Shown one piece after another: positions 54,352 through 63,388 of a stretch of 64,000 nt of DNA. The stretch spans positions 151,926 through 215,925 of the forward strand of contig CAVSMY010000011.1 in NCBI GenBank assembly GCA_963729175.1, read 5' to 3'. How positions within the stretch are numbered: position 1 is the stretch's first letter; each line of letters begins with the position of its first letter. Under the pieces are notes generated by a model. It saw only the letters and a list, made by a program, of their open reading frames with translations. It made no database searches and was not told the origin of the DNA. This DNA comes from an uncultured Chloroflexia bacterium. GTDB lineage: Bacteria; Chloroflexota; Limnocylindria; Limnocylindrales; CSP1-4. A program made the translations under genes and the position numbers.

Positions 54352-54399
54352 GCTCCGCCTCTGGCTCAAGGACCGGTCGTGCCGGATCCGAACCTCGGG

Positions 54400-55660
54400 T
54401 CAGCCGGCCGTGGCGACCGGCGATCCGACCGCGATCGCCTCGATCGCCTCGAGGACCCGGTCGATCTCGTCAGCGGTGTTGTAGTGGACGATCCCGAGCC
54501 GGAGGATCCCGCCGGTCTCGGCCTGGCCGAGCCGCTCGATGAGCGACTGGGCATAGAAGTCGCCGTCCCAGGTGAAGATGCCCTGGCGTCCGAGGACCTC
54601 GGATGCCTCGCGCGGCGAGCAGGCGTCAAGGGTGATCGAGATCGTCGGTGCCTTCTCGGCCTCGAACCGGGTCGGGTCGGTGACGCCCCAGATCCGGACG
54701 CCCGGGATGGCCTGGAGGCCGCGCATGAGCCGGCCATGCAGGTCGAGCTCATGGACCCGGATCGCGTCGAGGCTGCGGCCGAGCCTCGTGCGCCGATCGA
54801 CGTCGGCGGGAGCGTCGGGACCGTCTGCGAGCCCCGCCATGTACTCGACAGCGGCGGCAGTCCCGACGATGCCCTCGAAGCTCTGCGTCCCGGTCTCGAA
54901 CCGGTCCGTCGCCGGGCGGATCTTGTATGACGGCACGGCCTCGAGGACCGCGCGCTTGCCATACAGGGCCCCCAGATGCGGGCCGTACCACTTGTAGGCC
55001 GAGCTGACAAGGAAGTCGGTGTCGAGGGCTCGGACGTCGATCCGTCCGTGGGGCGCGTAGGCGACGGCGTCGATGTACGTCCAGGCGCCGGCGGCGTGGG
55101 CTCGGCGGACGATCTCGGCCACCGGGTTGATCGTCCCCAGCGCATTCGAGGCGTAGCCGACGCAGACGAGCTTCGTCCGCGACGACAGCTTCGCGTCGAG
55201 GTCGTCGAGGTCGAGCGTCCCGTCCTCGTTGATGTCGACCGTCCGGATGACGAGGTCGCGATCCTGGGCGATGAGCTTCCAGGGGCCGATGTTCGCCTCG
55301 TGGTCGAGGGTCGTCGTGACGATCTCGTCGCCGGCACCCATGGTCGCCCCGATCGAGCGGCTGACGTGGAGCGTCAACGAGGTCATGTTCTGGCCGAACT
55401 TCACCTCTTCGGCGTCGGCGCCGTAGAGGTCGGCGACGGCCGCGTGGGCCGCCTCGACCCGGGCATCGCTGCGCTCGGCTGGTGATGAACGCGCCCTCGT
55501 GGTTCGCGTTCGCCTCGGTGTAGTAGGCGACCGTCGCGTCGATGACGTCCTGGGGGACCTGCGTGCCACCCGGGCCGTCGAAGTAGGCGACGGGTCGACC
55601 GCCGACCTCGATGCCGAGCGACGGGAAGCGGGCGCGGATCGCGGCGAGGTCGAGGGTCAT
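54400..55660 (-). pseudogene. Class V aminotransferase / cysteine desulfurase-like protein, one frameshift near 55475
   Basis: N-terminus MTLDLAAIRARFPSLGIEVGGRPVAYFDGPGGTQVPQDVIDATVAYYTEANANHEGAFITS (ORF 54749..55660). The rest is in ORF 54400..55569 (FGQNMTSLT...TTLDHEANIGPW...DAVAYAPHGRIDV...FLVSSAYKWYGPHLG...GIVHYNT). Confidence 0.85.
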
Positions 55661-55742
55661 CGGTGGGCTGCTCCAGGCTGAGGTCGGACGCTGCGAGGGT
55701 GCGGCGCCCGGCCACGAGCGCCGACGGACCGCGTCAACGATA

Positions 55743-55776
55743 CGACGAGGCCGGCCATCGCTGGCCGGCCTCGTCG
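55743..55776 (-). terminator. Perfect 14-bp GC-rich hairpin downstream of the ABC substrate-binding gene
   Basis: cgacgaggccggcc-atcgct-ggccggcctcgtcg, 20 nt after the stop at 55796. On the minus strand it is followed by gtatcgttgac. Confidence 0.6.
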
Positions 55777-55795
55777 GGGCTCTCTGGGGAGAGGC

Positions 55796-56917
55796 TCAGT
55801 TCCCGCCGGCGTTCAGCGTGACTGTGCCCTTCTGGAAGCTCGTGCCCTTCGTGTCGACGCTGGAGCCGAGCGCGGCGAGCGCCGCGGCGGCGAGGTCCTC
55901 CCGATGCGCGCCATCGGTCGGGGCGGCCTTGAGGACCTTGTACGTCGTGGCGATCGTGATCGTGTTGTCCCAGGCTGCCTGATCGAACGTGCCGATCCCG
56001 TTCGGACTCGGCCAGATCAGGCCGTTGATCTCGTTCATCTCCCAGGCCTGGTGGCTGGCACCGAGCTGGGAGCCCTTCGAGAGCACCAGGTCGACGCACT
56101 TCTGGGCGTTGTCGCGGCAGTAGATCCAGCCCTTGTACGAACCCTCGAGGAACTTCGTCGCGACGTCCGCGTTGTTGCCCGTCTTGAGCCACTTGTCGCT
56201 GGCGAAGATCTGATCCTGGAGCATCGCCGTCCCGACCGATGGGTCGTTGAAGTCGACGATGTCGAGATCTTCGGGCTTGTACAGCTCGCCGGTCGCCGGG
56301 TTCTTCGCTTCGAGGATCTGGGCGAACTCGTTGTAGATCATCGCCTGGGCCGTATCGAGATCGCCCTTCAGCAGACCCGACATGTCGAAGTTCTGCTTGA
56401 TGATGTTCTCTGTGGTCGGGTCCATCCCGGCCTTTGTCAGGGCCGCGAAGAGCTCCGGCTCGTTGCCGCCCAGCCACGACCCGATCTTCTTGCCCTTCAT
56501 GTCAGCCGGGGATGTGATCCCGGCTGCCTTGAACGACGCCATCCGGGTCCCGGACCGCTGGAAGATCTGAGCGATCGAGACGAGGTCCGTCCCACCTTCG
56601 CGGGACTGGAGCATGCTCGGCATCCAGGTGGTGCCGATGTCCGCCTGGCCGCTGGCGACGTTCGCGACCTCGTTGATGTTCGGCCCGCCGAGCACCAGGG
56701 TCACGTCGAGCCCGAGATCCTTGTAGTAGCCCTGGTCCACCGCGGCGTAGTAGCCGGCGAACTGGGTCTGGGCGACCCACTTGAGGTGGAACTTCACCGG
56801 GGTCAACGCTCCGGCGGAGCCGGCGCCACTCGGCGCGGGCGTCGCACCCGACGAGCACGCCGCCAGTGCCAGCGCGAGTGTGGCGGTAAGCCCGAGCACC
56901 CTCCGAGTCATCGTCAT
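55796..56917 (-). CDS. ABC transporter substrate-binding lipoprotein (NMT1/THI5-like, NitT/TauT family)
   Basis: In the ORF 55796..56989 frame from ATG 56917, with GGAGGAGGAGGAG 7 nt upstream. Lipobox LALALAAC. KFHLKWVAQTQFAGYYAAVDQGYYKDLGLDV. Confidence 0.85.
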   Translation of the reverse strand: MTMTRRVLGLTATLALALAACSSGATPAPSGAGSAGALTPVKFHLKWVAQTQFAGYYAAVDQGYYKDLGLDVTLVLGGPNINEVANVASGQADIGTTWMPSMLQSREGGTDLVSIAQIFQRSGTRMASFKAAGITSPADMKGKKIGSWLGGNEPELFAALTKAGMDPTTENIIKQNFDMSGLLKGDLDTAQAMIYNEFAQILEAKNPATGELYKPEDLDIVDFNDPSVGTAMLQDQIFASDKWLKTGNNADVATKFLEGSYKGWIYCRDNAQKCVDLVLSKGSQLGASHQAWEMNEINGLIWPSPNGIGTFDQAAWDNTITIATTYKVLKAAPTDGAHREDLAAAALAALGSSVDTKGTSFQKGTVTLNAGGN

Positions 56918-57013
56918 CTGATCGCTCCTCCTCCTCCAGACAGCGTCGGCCTGCCGATGGCTCGCCGACCAGTCACCTCGCGAGTGCACGATGGTAGGTC
57001 ACGACCGCCTCCA

Positions 57014-57790
57014 TCACCGCGCGGTTTCGCGCGCCGAATACCACGGGATGACGAGACGCTCCAGAGCGACCGCGATGAGATACAGCCCGATGCCGAGACC
57101 GCACGCCAGCAGGATCGCCCCCCACGCCGAGGGATAGCGCTGGTGGCCGGTCTCGAGGGTGATGAAGATCCCGAGGGCATAGAGCGGTCCGCCGAAGAAC
57201 TCCCCGACGACCGCGCCGATGACCGCCAGGGTCGTCGAGATCCGGAGGGCCGTGAACCAGTACGGCAGGGCGTTCGGGATCCGGAGCTTCGTCAGCGTCT
57301 GGCTCTCCCGGGCGGCGTAGGACGACAGCAGCTCGAACGCGCCTGGCTCGATGTTCGTCAATCCCCGGACGGTGTTCACCATGACGGGAAACGTCACCAT
57401 CACCGCGACGATCGTGATCCGCGGCAGTTGGCTCTCCGGCCCGAACCAGTTGATCGTGATCGGGGCGAAGGCGATGATCGGGATCGCGCTCGCCCCCACG
57501 GCGATGGGCAGGAGCATCTCCCGGGCCGTCTCCCAGCGCGCGACCGCGAGCCCACAGACGGTCCCGATCGTCAGCCCGACGAGCAGCCCGATGACCGCCT
57601 CCGCGCCGGTGAAGAGGATGCCTTTCAGGAGCGTCGGCCACTGCTCGAGCAGGCTGGCGGCGATGACGCTGGGCCGGGGCAGCAGGAACGACTGGACGCC
57701 GAGGAGGAGAAGCGAGACCTCCCAGACGACGAGGATGCCGAAGAAGAACACGACCGCCGGCAGCCAATCCCGGGCCGCGGCGCGGCTCAC
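57014..57790 (-). CDS. ABC transporter permease (NitT/TauT family)
   Basis: ORF 57014..57790. FLLPRPSVI, IPIIAFAPITINWFG, SYAARESQTLTKLRIPNALPY. GTGA overlap with the ATPase stop. Confidence 0.85.
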   Translation of the reverse strand: MSRAAARDWLPAVVFFFGILVVWEVSLLLLGVQSFLLPRPSVIAASLLEQWPTLLKGILFTGAEAVIGLLVGLTIGTVCGLAVARWETAREMLLPIAVGASAIPIIAFAPITINWFGPESQLPRITIVAVMVTFPVMVNTVRGLTNIEPGAFELLSSYAARESQTLTKLRIPNALPYWFTALRISTTLAVIGAVVGEFFGGPLYALGIFITLETGHQRYPSAWGAILLACGLGIGLYLIAVALERLVIPWYSARETAR

Positions 57791-58633
57791 GCCAGTCCTT
57801 CGGCGCGGATGCGATCCGCCTCGATCGGCTCGTCGGGACCGACGCCCTCGTGCTGTCGGAGTGCCTCACGGACGCGGGTCACGAGCTCGAAGTAGCGCTC
57901 CGACTCCCGGGTCTCGACCGACCGATCGGCCGGCAGGTCGATGTCGACGACCTGCGAGACCCGGCCGGGTCGGGCGGACATGACGACGACCCGGGTCGAG
58001 AGGAAGACGGCCTCAGGGATGCAGTGGGTCACGAAGATGATCGTGGTCCCGGTCCGGCGCCAGATGTTGAGGAGCTCGGCGTTCATCCGCTCGCGAGTCA
58101 TCTCGTCGAGCGCACCGAACGGCTCGTCCATCAGCAAGAGCTTCGGGTCGAACGACAGCGCCCGGGCGATGGCGACCCGCTGCTGCATCCCGCCCGAGAG
58201 CTGCCACGGATGGCGGTCCGCAAAGCCCTCGAGCTCGACGAGCCGGAGCAGCTCGGCCGATCGGCGGCTCCGCTCTTCGGGCGCGAAGCCCATGATCTCG
58301 AGCGGCAGCTCGATGTTCTTCGCGATCGTCCGCCAGTCCATGAGGACCGGGGCCTGGAAGACCATCCCGTAATCGCGGTCGAGGCGGGCACGTTGCGGTG
58401 CCTTGCCGTTGATCCGGAGGGTCCCGCTCGTGGCGTCGGTCAGGTCGCCGATGATCCGCGAGCAGCGTGGATTTGCCGCAGCCCGACGGGCCGATGAGCG
58501 ACACGAACTCGCCCCGGCTGATGGTCAGGTCGATGCCTTCGAGCGCGGTGACGGCCGATGCGGCCGCCCCGAAGACCTTGCCGACCCCGGCGGCCTCCAC
58601 GACCGGCGCAGCCTCGGGCGAGGCGGATGACAC
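57787..58633 (-). pseudogene. ABC transporter ATP-binding protein (NitT/TauT family), one frameshift near 58440
   Basis: [22 protein letters not shown]...[29 protein letters not shown] (ORF 58013..58903 frame), then [14 protein letters not shown]...[15 protein letters not shown]...[11 protein letters not shown]...IFVTH (ORF 57787..58365). The start GTG is at 58633 or 58657. Confidence 0.8.
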
Positions 58634-58643
58634 GGCGCTCAGA

Positions 58644-59632
58644 TCAAGACCCTCCACCGGTCGATAGCGTCCCCGCAGGAGGAGCCGTTCGGCGATGTTG
58701 ATGACCCCGACGAAGAACAGCCCGAGGATCGTGCAGGTGATGATCGTCGCCCACAGCCGAGCCGGGGCCGAGATGTAGTACTGGTTGTAGGTGATGATCG
58801 CGCTGCCGAGACCCGACGCGACGCCGGCCGTCTGCTCGCCGATGATCGCGCCGATGACCGAGGCGGCGGCTGCGACCCGGAACCCCGAGAACAGGTACGG
58901 CACGGACGTCGGGCAGCCGGAGCTGCCAGAGCGCCTGACGCCGGCTGGCCGCGTACGAGCGGAACAGCTCGAGGGCCCGCGGGTCCATCGCCCGCAGCCC
59001 CCGCAGGGCGGCGATCGTCACCGGGAAGAACGTCAGGTAGGTCGCGACGGCCATCACCGACAGCCAGTCGGCCCGCAGGGCGACGACCACGAGCGGCGCG
59101 ATGGCGAGGATCGGGACGGTCTGGGAGGCGACGACATACGGGACCAGCGCTCGCTCGGCGAGTCGTGAGTGGACGAACAGGATGCCGAGCCCGAGACCGA
59201 GCAGGCCGCCCAGGACGAACCCGGCCGACCGCCTCGGCCAGGGTGAAGAGCGCCTGCCCGAACAGCACCGCCGCGAGCGGCGGGCCGGCCCGCTGGGCGG
59301 GATCGATGAACGCTCGTCGCGATGTCCCAGACATGGGGCAGCGAAAGGTCATCGGCGATCCGCCACTTCAGCAGCGGGAAGTGCTCGTAGTCGATCGCGA
59401 TCCCGGCGACGGTCGCGTGGATCCGCCACGGGTCGCCGCCGAGCCACTTCACGGCTTCCCAGACGACGACGAGGCCGACGAGCGACGACGAGAAGGCCGA
59501 AGATCCGGCGCCTTCGGGAGTGACCAGCGCGGCCTCCCGATCGCGGCCACGGCACGCCGGGACGCCCGGGGCAGCGACCCGCTCGCGGCCGTCACCGGTC
59601 GGCTCCCGCGAGGCGGCGCGGCGGGCCGGCAC
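58644..59632 (-). pseudogene. Second ABC transporter permease (NitT/TauT family), three or more frameshifts
   Basis: Pieces lie in three frames: SSAFSSSLVGLVVVWEAVKWLGGDPWRI...LLKWRIADDLSLPHVWDIATS; RRAFIDPAQRAGPPLAAVLFGQALFTLAEA; [59 protein letters not shown]; [23 protein letters not shown]...[11 protein letters not shown]. The 3' end is uncertain. Confidence 0.7.
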
Positions 59633-60946
59633 TAGTCCCGCGACCGCCTCGTCGGCGAGCGCGAGCGCGGCGTCGAGGACCTCGAAGCCCTCGGCGAGCT
59701 GATCCTCGGTGATGCACAGCGGCGGGTTCGTGTGGATCGCGTTGTTGGCGATCATCGTGTAGACGCCGTGCTCGCGGAGGTACTTGCCGACCGCCTTCAT
59801 CTCGTCGCTCGTCCCGTTGAACGGCGTCATCGGCGTCCACGGATCGCGGCTCCGGACGAGCTCGATGACCCCGAACAGGCCGAGGTTCCGGTGCGCCCCG
59901 ACGGATGGGTGGCGCTCGGCCAGCCGTTCGTGGTGGCCCTGCATGACCGGCCCGAGCCGGGCGGCATTGCCGATCAGGTCGTCCTCCTCGTAGACCGACA
60001 GCGTCGCCAGCGACGCCGCCAGGCTCACGGGATGGCTCGAGTAGGTCAGGCCGCCGAAGAACATCTTCGTTCTCGAAGACCTCGGCGATGCCATGGCGCA
60101 TCGCGACAGCGCCGAGCGGCAGATACGAGCTCGTCAGGCCCTTGGCCATCGTCATGAGGTCGGGCACGACGTCCCAGTGGTCCACGGCGAACCAGCGCCC
60201 GGTCCGGCCGAAGCCGGCCATGACCTCGTCGCAGACCATCAGGATGCCGTGGCGGTCGCAGATCTCGCGGACGCCGGCGAGGTAGCCGTCGGGCGGGATG
60301 AGGATGCCGTTCGTGCCGACGATCGTCTCGAGGAAGACGGCCGCGATCGTGTGCGGGCCCTCGTAGCGGATCACGTCCTCGAGGCCCTGGAGGCTCTCCT
60401 CGACCGGCCGCGGCTCCTCCTCGCCCCAGCGGTGCGTGTCGGCGTAGCGGACGACGCCGACGAGACCGGGCTCGTTGGCCCAGCGGCGCGGGTCGCCGGT
60501 CAGGGTCATCGCCCCCATCGTCGCGCCGTGATAGGCCCGGTAGCGGGCCAGGACCTTGTAGCGGCCGGTGACGTGTCGGGCGAGCTTGATGGCGTTCTCG
60601 ATCGCCTCGGCGCCGCCGAGGGTGAAGAACACCTTGTCGATGTCGCCCGGCAGGATCTCGGCCAGCTTGGCACCCAGGCGGCCCCGGATCTCGGTCGCGA
60701 AGGCCGGCTGGACGAACTGGAGCTTCAGTCGCCTGCTCGGTGATCGCGTCGATGACCCGTCGGTCGCCATGGCCGATGTTGACCGACATCAGCTGGCTGT
60801 TGAAGTCGAGGATCCGCTGGCCCTCGGGCGTGTAGAGGTAGACGCCCTCGGCGTGGTCGATCGCGATCGGGTCGAGCGGCGCTCTGGATCGACCACGAGA
60901 ACAAGGTGTGGGCGCGGTTGAGCGCGACGATCTCGGCGCTCGTCAT
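59632..60946 (-). pseudogene. Class III (omega) aminotransferase, four or more frameshifts
   Basis: MTSAEIVALNRAHTLFSWSIQ; MSVNIGHGDRRVIDAITEQA; FATEIRGRLGAKLAEILPGDIDKVFFTLGGAEAIENAIKLAR...YHGAT...FLETIVGTNGILIPPDGYL...LMVCDEVMAGFGRTGRWFA...MAKGLTSSYLPLGA; FFGGLTYSSHPVSLAASLATLSVY...IHTNPPLCITEDQL. These lie in at least four frames. Confidence 0.8.
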
Positions 60947-61061
60947 CGCGGATGTGGTCGGGCTGGCCATCGATCACCTCGGGCGGCCGCCGGGTGTGCT
61001 GCGGGCGGGCGGCGCGTCCGCCGATTACAGCACATCCCGCCGGGCCCCCGAGCCGTGGGCC

Positions 61062-61111
61062 GCATCAGCTGCCGCGCGGCATCAGCTCCGTGCCGCATCA
61101 ACTGCCGCGCC
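61062..61111. repeat. Three tandem 16-17-bp units containing CATCA(G/A)CTG
   Basis: gcatcagctgccgcgcg (61062-61078), gcatcagctccgtgcc (61079-61094) and gcatcaactgccgcgcc (61095-61111). They span the stop of the upstream membrane-protein gene and lie about 115-165 nt upstream of the aminotransferase start. Confidence 0.6.
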
Positions 61112-62928
61112 GACGGACCTCCCCGACGTTGTCGACGATGAGCAGGACGCCGAGGCCGAGCAGCACGACCAGCAGGACCTCGCGGAGATAGGCGACGACG
61201 ATGATCGCCATGCTCACGATGGCCAGGGCCAGGGCGATCCGGAGGATGAGGACCCGGACGTCGCGCCGGAAGAACGACTCGATGACGAGGTACCCGCCGA
61301 CGATCGCGAACACGGCGACGAGCGGGTTGAGGATCCGGAACCACAGGATGACCGCGAGGGCGACGACGAGGAGCCCGACGCTGAGCGCGGCCCACGTCTC
61401 GGCCAGGGCCCGGCGTCGAGTGTCGACCGGCTTCTCCGGCTCGGATGCGTGGTGGAGGTGGATGCGCGGATCGTCGAGCTCCCCGGCTCGCAGTCGAGCG
61501 ACCCGCTCATCCGAGGCCCCGATGACCGCGCCAAGCTCGACGATGCGGGTCCGGAGGCCGGCCAGCTCGACCTCGCCGGCGCGGAGGTCGGTCGTCCGCG
61601 CGGTCCGGTAGGCGTCGACGCCGGCGCTCGTCCTGATCGCGGCGATCTCCTGGTCGATGAGCGGGAGCTGGGTCTCAAGCACGCCGGCCTTCGTCGCGGA
61701 CCTCGTCGCGCTCCGCCCTGAGCTCGGCGATGCGCGTCTCGAGCGCCTCCGCCGCCGCGACTCGGCGGGGCGACCTTCTCGAGCCCGGCGAAGCCCAGCG
61801 GGTCGTGCCACGACTGGCGGACCGCGCCGGTCCGGGTGTACTTCGGCCCGGCGGGGGCACGCTCACCGGCGAACCGGTCGCCCGTGTCGAGGCCCCACAG
61901 GCCGCGATATCGGTCGACCCAGCCGTCCTCGTCGCCGATGACGATCGGCGTCCACTCGAGCCCGCCCGGCCCGACGACCGTCCCGTCGCCACGGGCGTAG
62001 TCGACGAACGGGACGCTGACGGCCCGACGGACGTCTCGGCGAGGTCGCCCGGGTCGGGCTGCTCGAGGGTGTCGCGCCAGACGCGGCGGGCCAGCTCGAG
62101 GGGCCCGCGGAGGTTCCGCTCGCCGGGGAACGGCAGCCGCATGATGTACTCGCCCTGCTCGAGATACGTCGCATGCGAGCCGGCCCCCGGGAAGACGATC
62201 GGGTGGCCATCGACGAGCCGGAGACGCGGGTCGTCCCAACGGCGGCGCAGGTCGTCGCCCTTCTCGTCGTGGGCGGCCGCGCAGAACCACGCCGGGACCA
62301 CGGACCCATCGGCCCGCTCCTCGCAGACGACGAAGCACTGCTCGAGATCGGCCTCGTGGTCGTTCGCTCCCTCGAAGGTCGAACGCCAGTCGTTCATCGC
62401 GTACAGAAACATGTAGTGGAGGACGACCCAGCCGCCCTCCCGCACGACCCGGCCGTGGTAGACGACCCGCGGGTCGCGGGTCCGGATCTCCTCGTAGCGG
62501 ACCGATGCGGCCGCCGCGGTGCCGCCCGGGACCCGGCCGCGGAGCAGGAGCGACAGCACCAGGCCGGCGTCGACGAGCCGGGCGAGGAGGCCGACCCGGG
62601 CGAGACGGCCGGGCGCCTTGAAGACCGGCCGGCCGGACCGGTTCCGCCAGCGGGCCAGCTCGATCGAGCCCATCGGCTTGGGGGTGAAGCGGAGGAACTG
62701 GGCCTCGCCGGGGGCCGGATCGGCGACCGAGGCGAGCTTCTCCAGGTCGAGCTCGCCGGCCGGGATCGCGACCCGCGCGGCGCGGAGGTTCGGGCCCTCG
62801 AGCAGGTCGCACTTCTCCACGTATGACTCCGCCGCCATCGGGAAGAACAGCTCGCCCTCGGTGAACCGGAGGATCGGCTCGTGACGCCGGAGGAGCTCGA
62901 GGTCGGCCGCGCCGTCCGATCCGCTCAT
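61098..62928 (-). pseudogene. Large hypothetical protein: N-terminal globular domain, coiled coil, C-terminal multi-TM region; about three frameshifts
   Basis: MSGSDGAADLELLRRHEPILRFTEGELFFPMAAESYV...VVLHYMFLYAMNDWRSTFEGANDHEADLEQCFVV...IVFPGAGSHATYLE (ORF 61675..62928). SVPFVDYARGDGTVVGPGGLEWTPIVIGDEDGWVDRYRGLWGLDTGDRFAGERAPAGPKY (ORF 61214..62959 frame). AAAEALETRIAELRAERDEV, then LETQLPLIDQEIAAIR...LSVGLLVVALAVILWFRILNPLVAVFAIVGGYLVIE...ALAIVSMAIIVVAYL (ORF 61098..61811). Confidence 0.6.
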
Positions 62929-63347
62929 CCACCGACCTTGAAGGCGGCCCGCAGGTCACGCTGGTTGAGGTAGAACACCGCGACCGAGTTCAGGAGCATC
63001 GAGAGGTAGCGCGGGTCACCGGCGAACCACCAGCCGAGGTTCAGGGCCAGGACCGTCCCGGAGGTGACGATCGCGAGGGTCCAGCCCCACGTTCGGCGGG
63101 TCAGGAGACCCCAGATCGTGAGGAGACTCACCGCGAACAGGACGATCAGGCCCCCCTGGGAGATCACTCCGACCGCGGTGTCGAGGGGATAGACGGGCAC
63201 GGGCAGCAGGTCCTTGACCTGGTCCAGATCGAGGACGCCGGCCTCGACGAGCCACTGGACGACGATCACCCCGGCCCGCCAGGCGGTGAGGAGGACGACG
63301 ACGAGGATCCCGATCCTCGGCACGCCCGACGGGGCTTCGGTATCCAT
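62925..63347 (-). CDS. Small integral membrane protein (about 4 TM)
   Basis: Tail of ORF 62925..63827 from ATG 63347: MDTEAPSGVPRIGILVVVLLTAWRAGVIVVQWLVEAG...GGLIVLFAVSLLTIWGLL...WTLAIVTSGTVLALNLGWWF. ATGA overlap with the next gene. Confidence 0.6.
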   Translation of the reverse strand: MDTEAPSGVPRIGILVVVLLTAWRAGVIVVQWLVEAGVLDLDQVKDLLPVPVYPLDTAVGVISQGGLIVLFAVSLLTIWGLLTRRTWGWTLAIVTSGTVLALNLGWWFAGDPRYLSMLLNSVAVFYLNQRDLRAAFKVGG

Positions 63348-63388
63348 ACCCCCGAGGCTAGCAGACGGTGTGGCCCGTCGAATGCCCC

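Noticed and set aside
58633-58660. Apparent in-frame fusion of the second ABC permease to the ATPase (no stop between them)
   Set aside because: The permease already shows several frame breaks. A TGA at 58644-58646 exists in the frame used by its middle part, and GTG starts for the ATPase lie at 58633 and 58657. Separate genes with a hidden indel are more likely than a real fusion, but this cannot be proven here.
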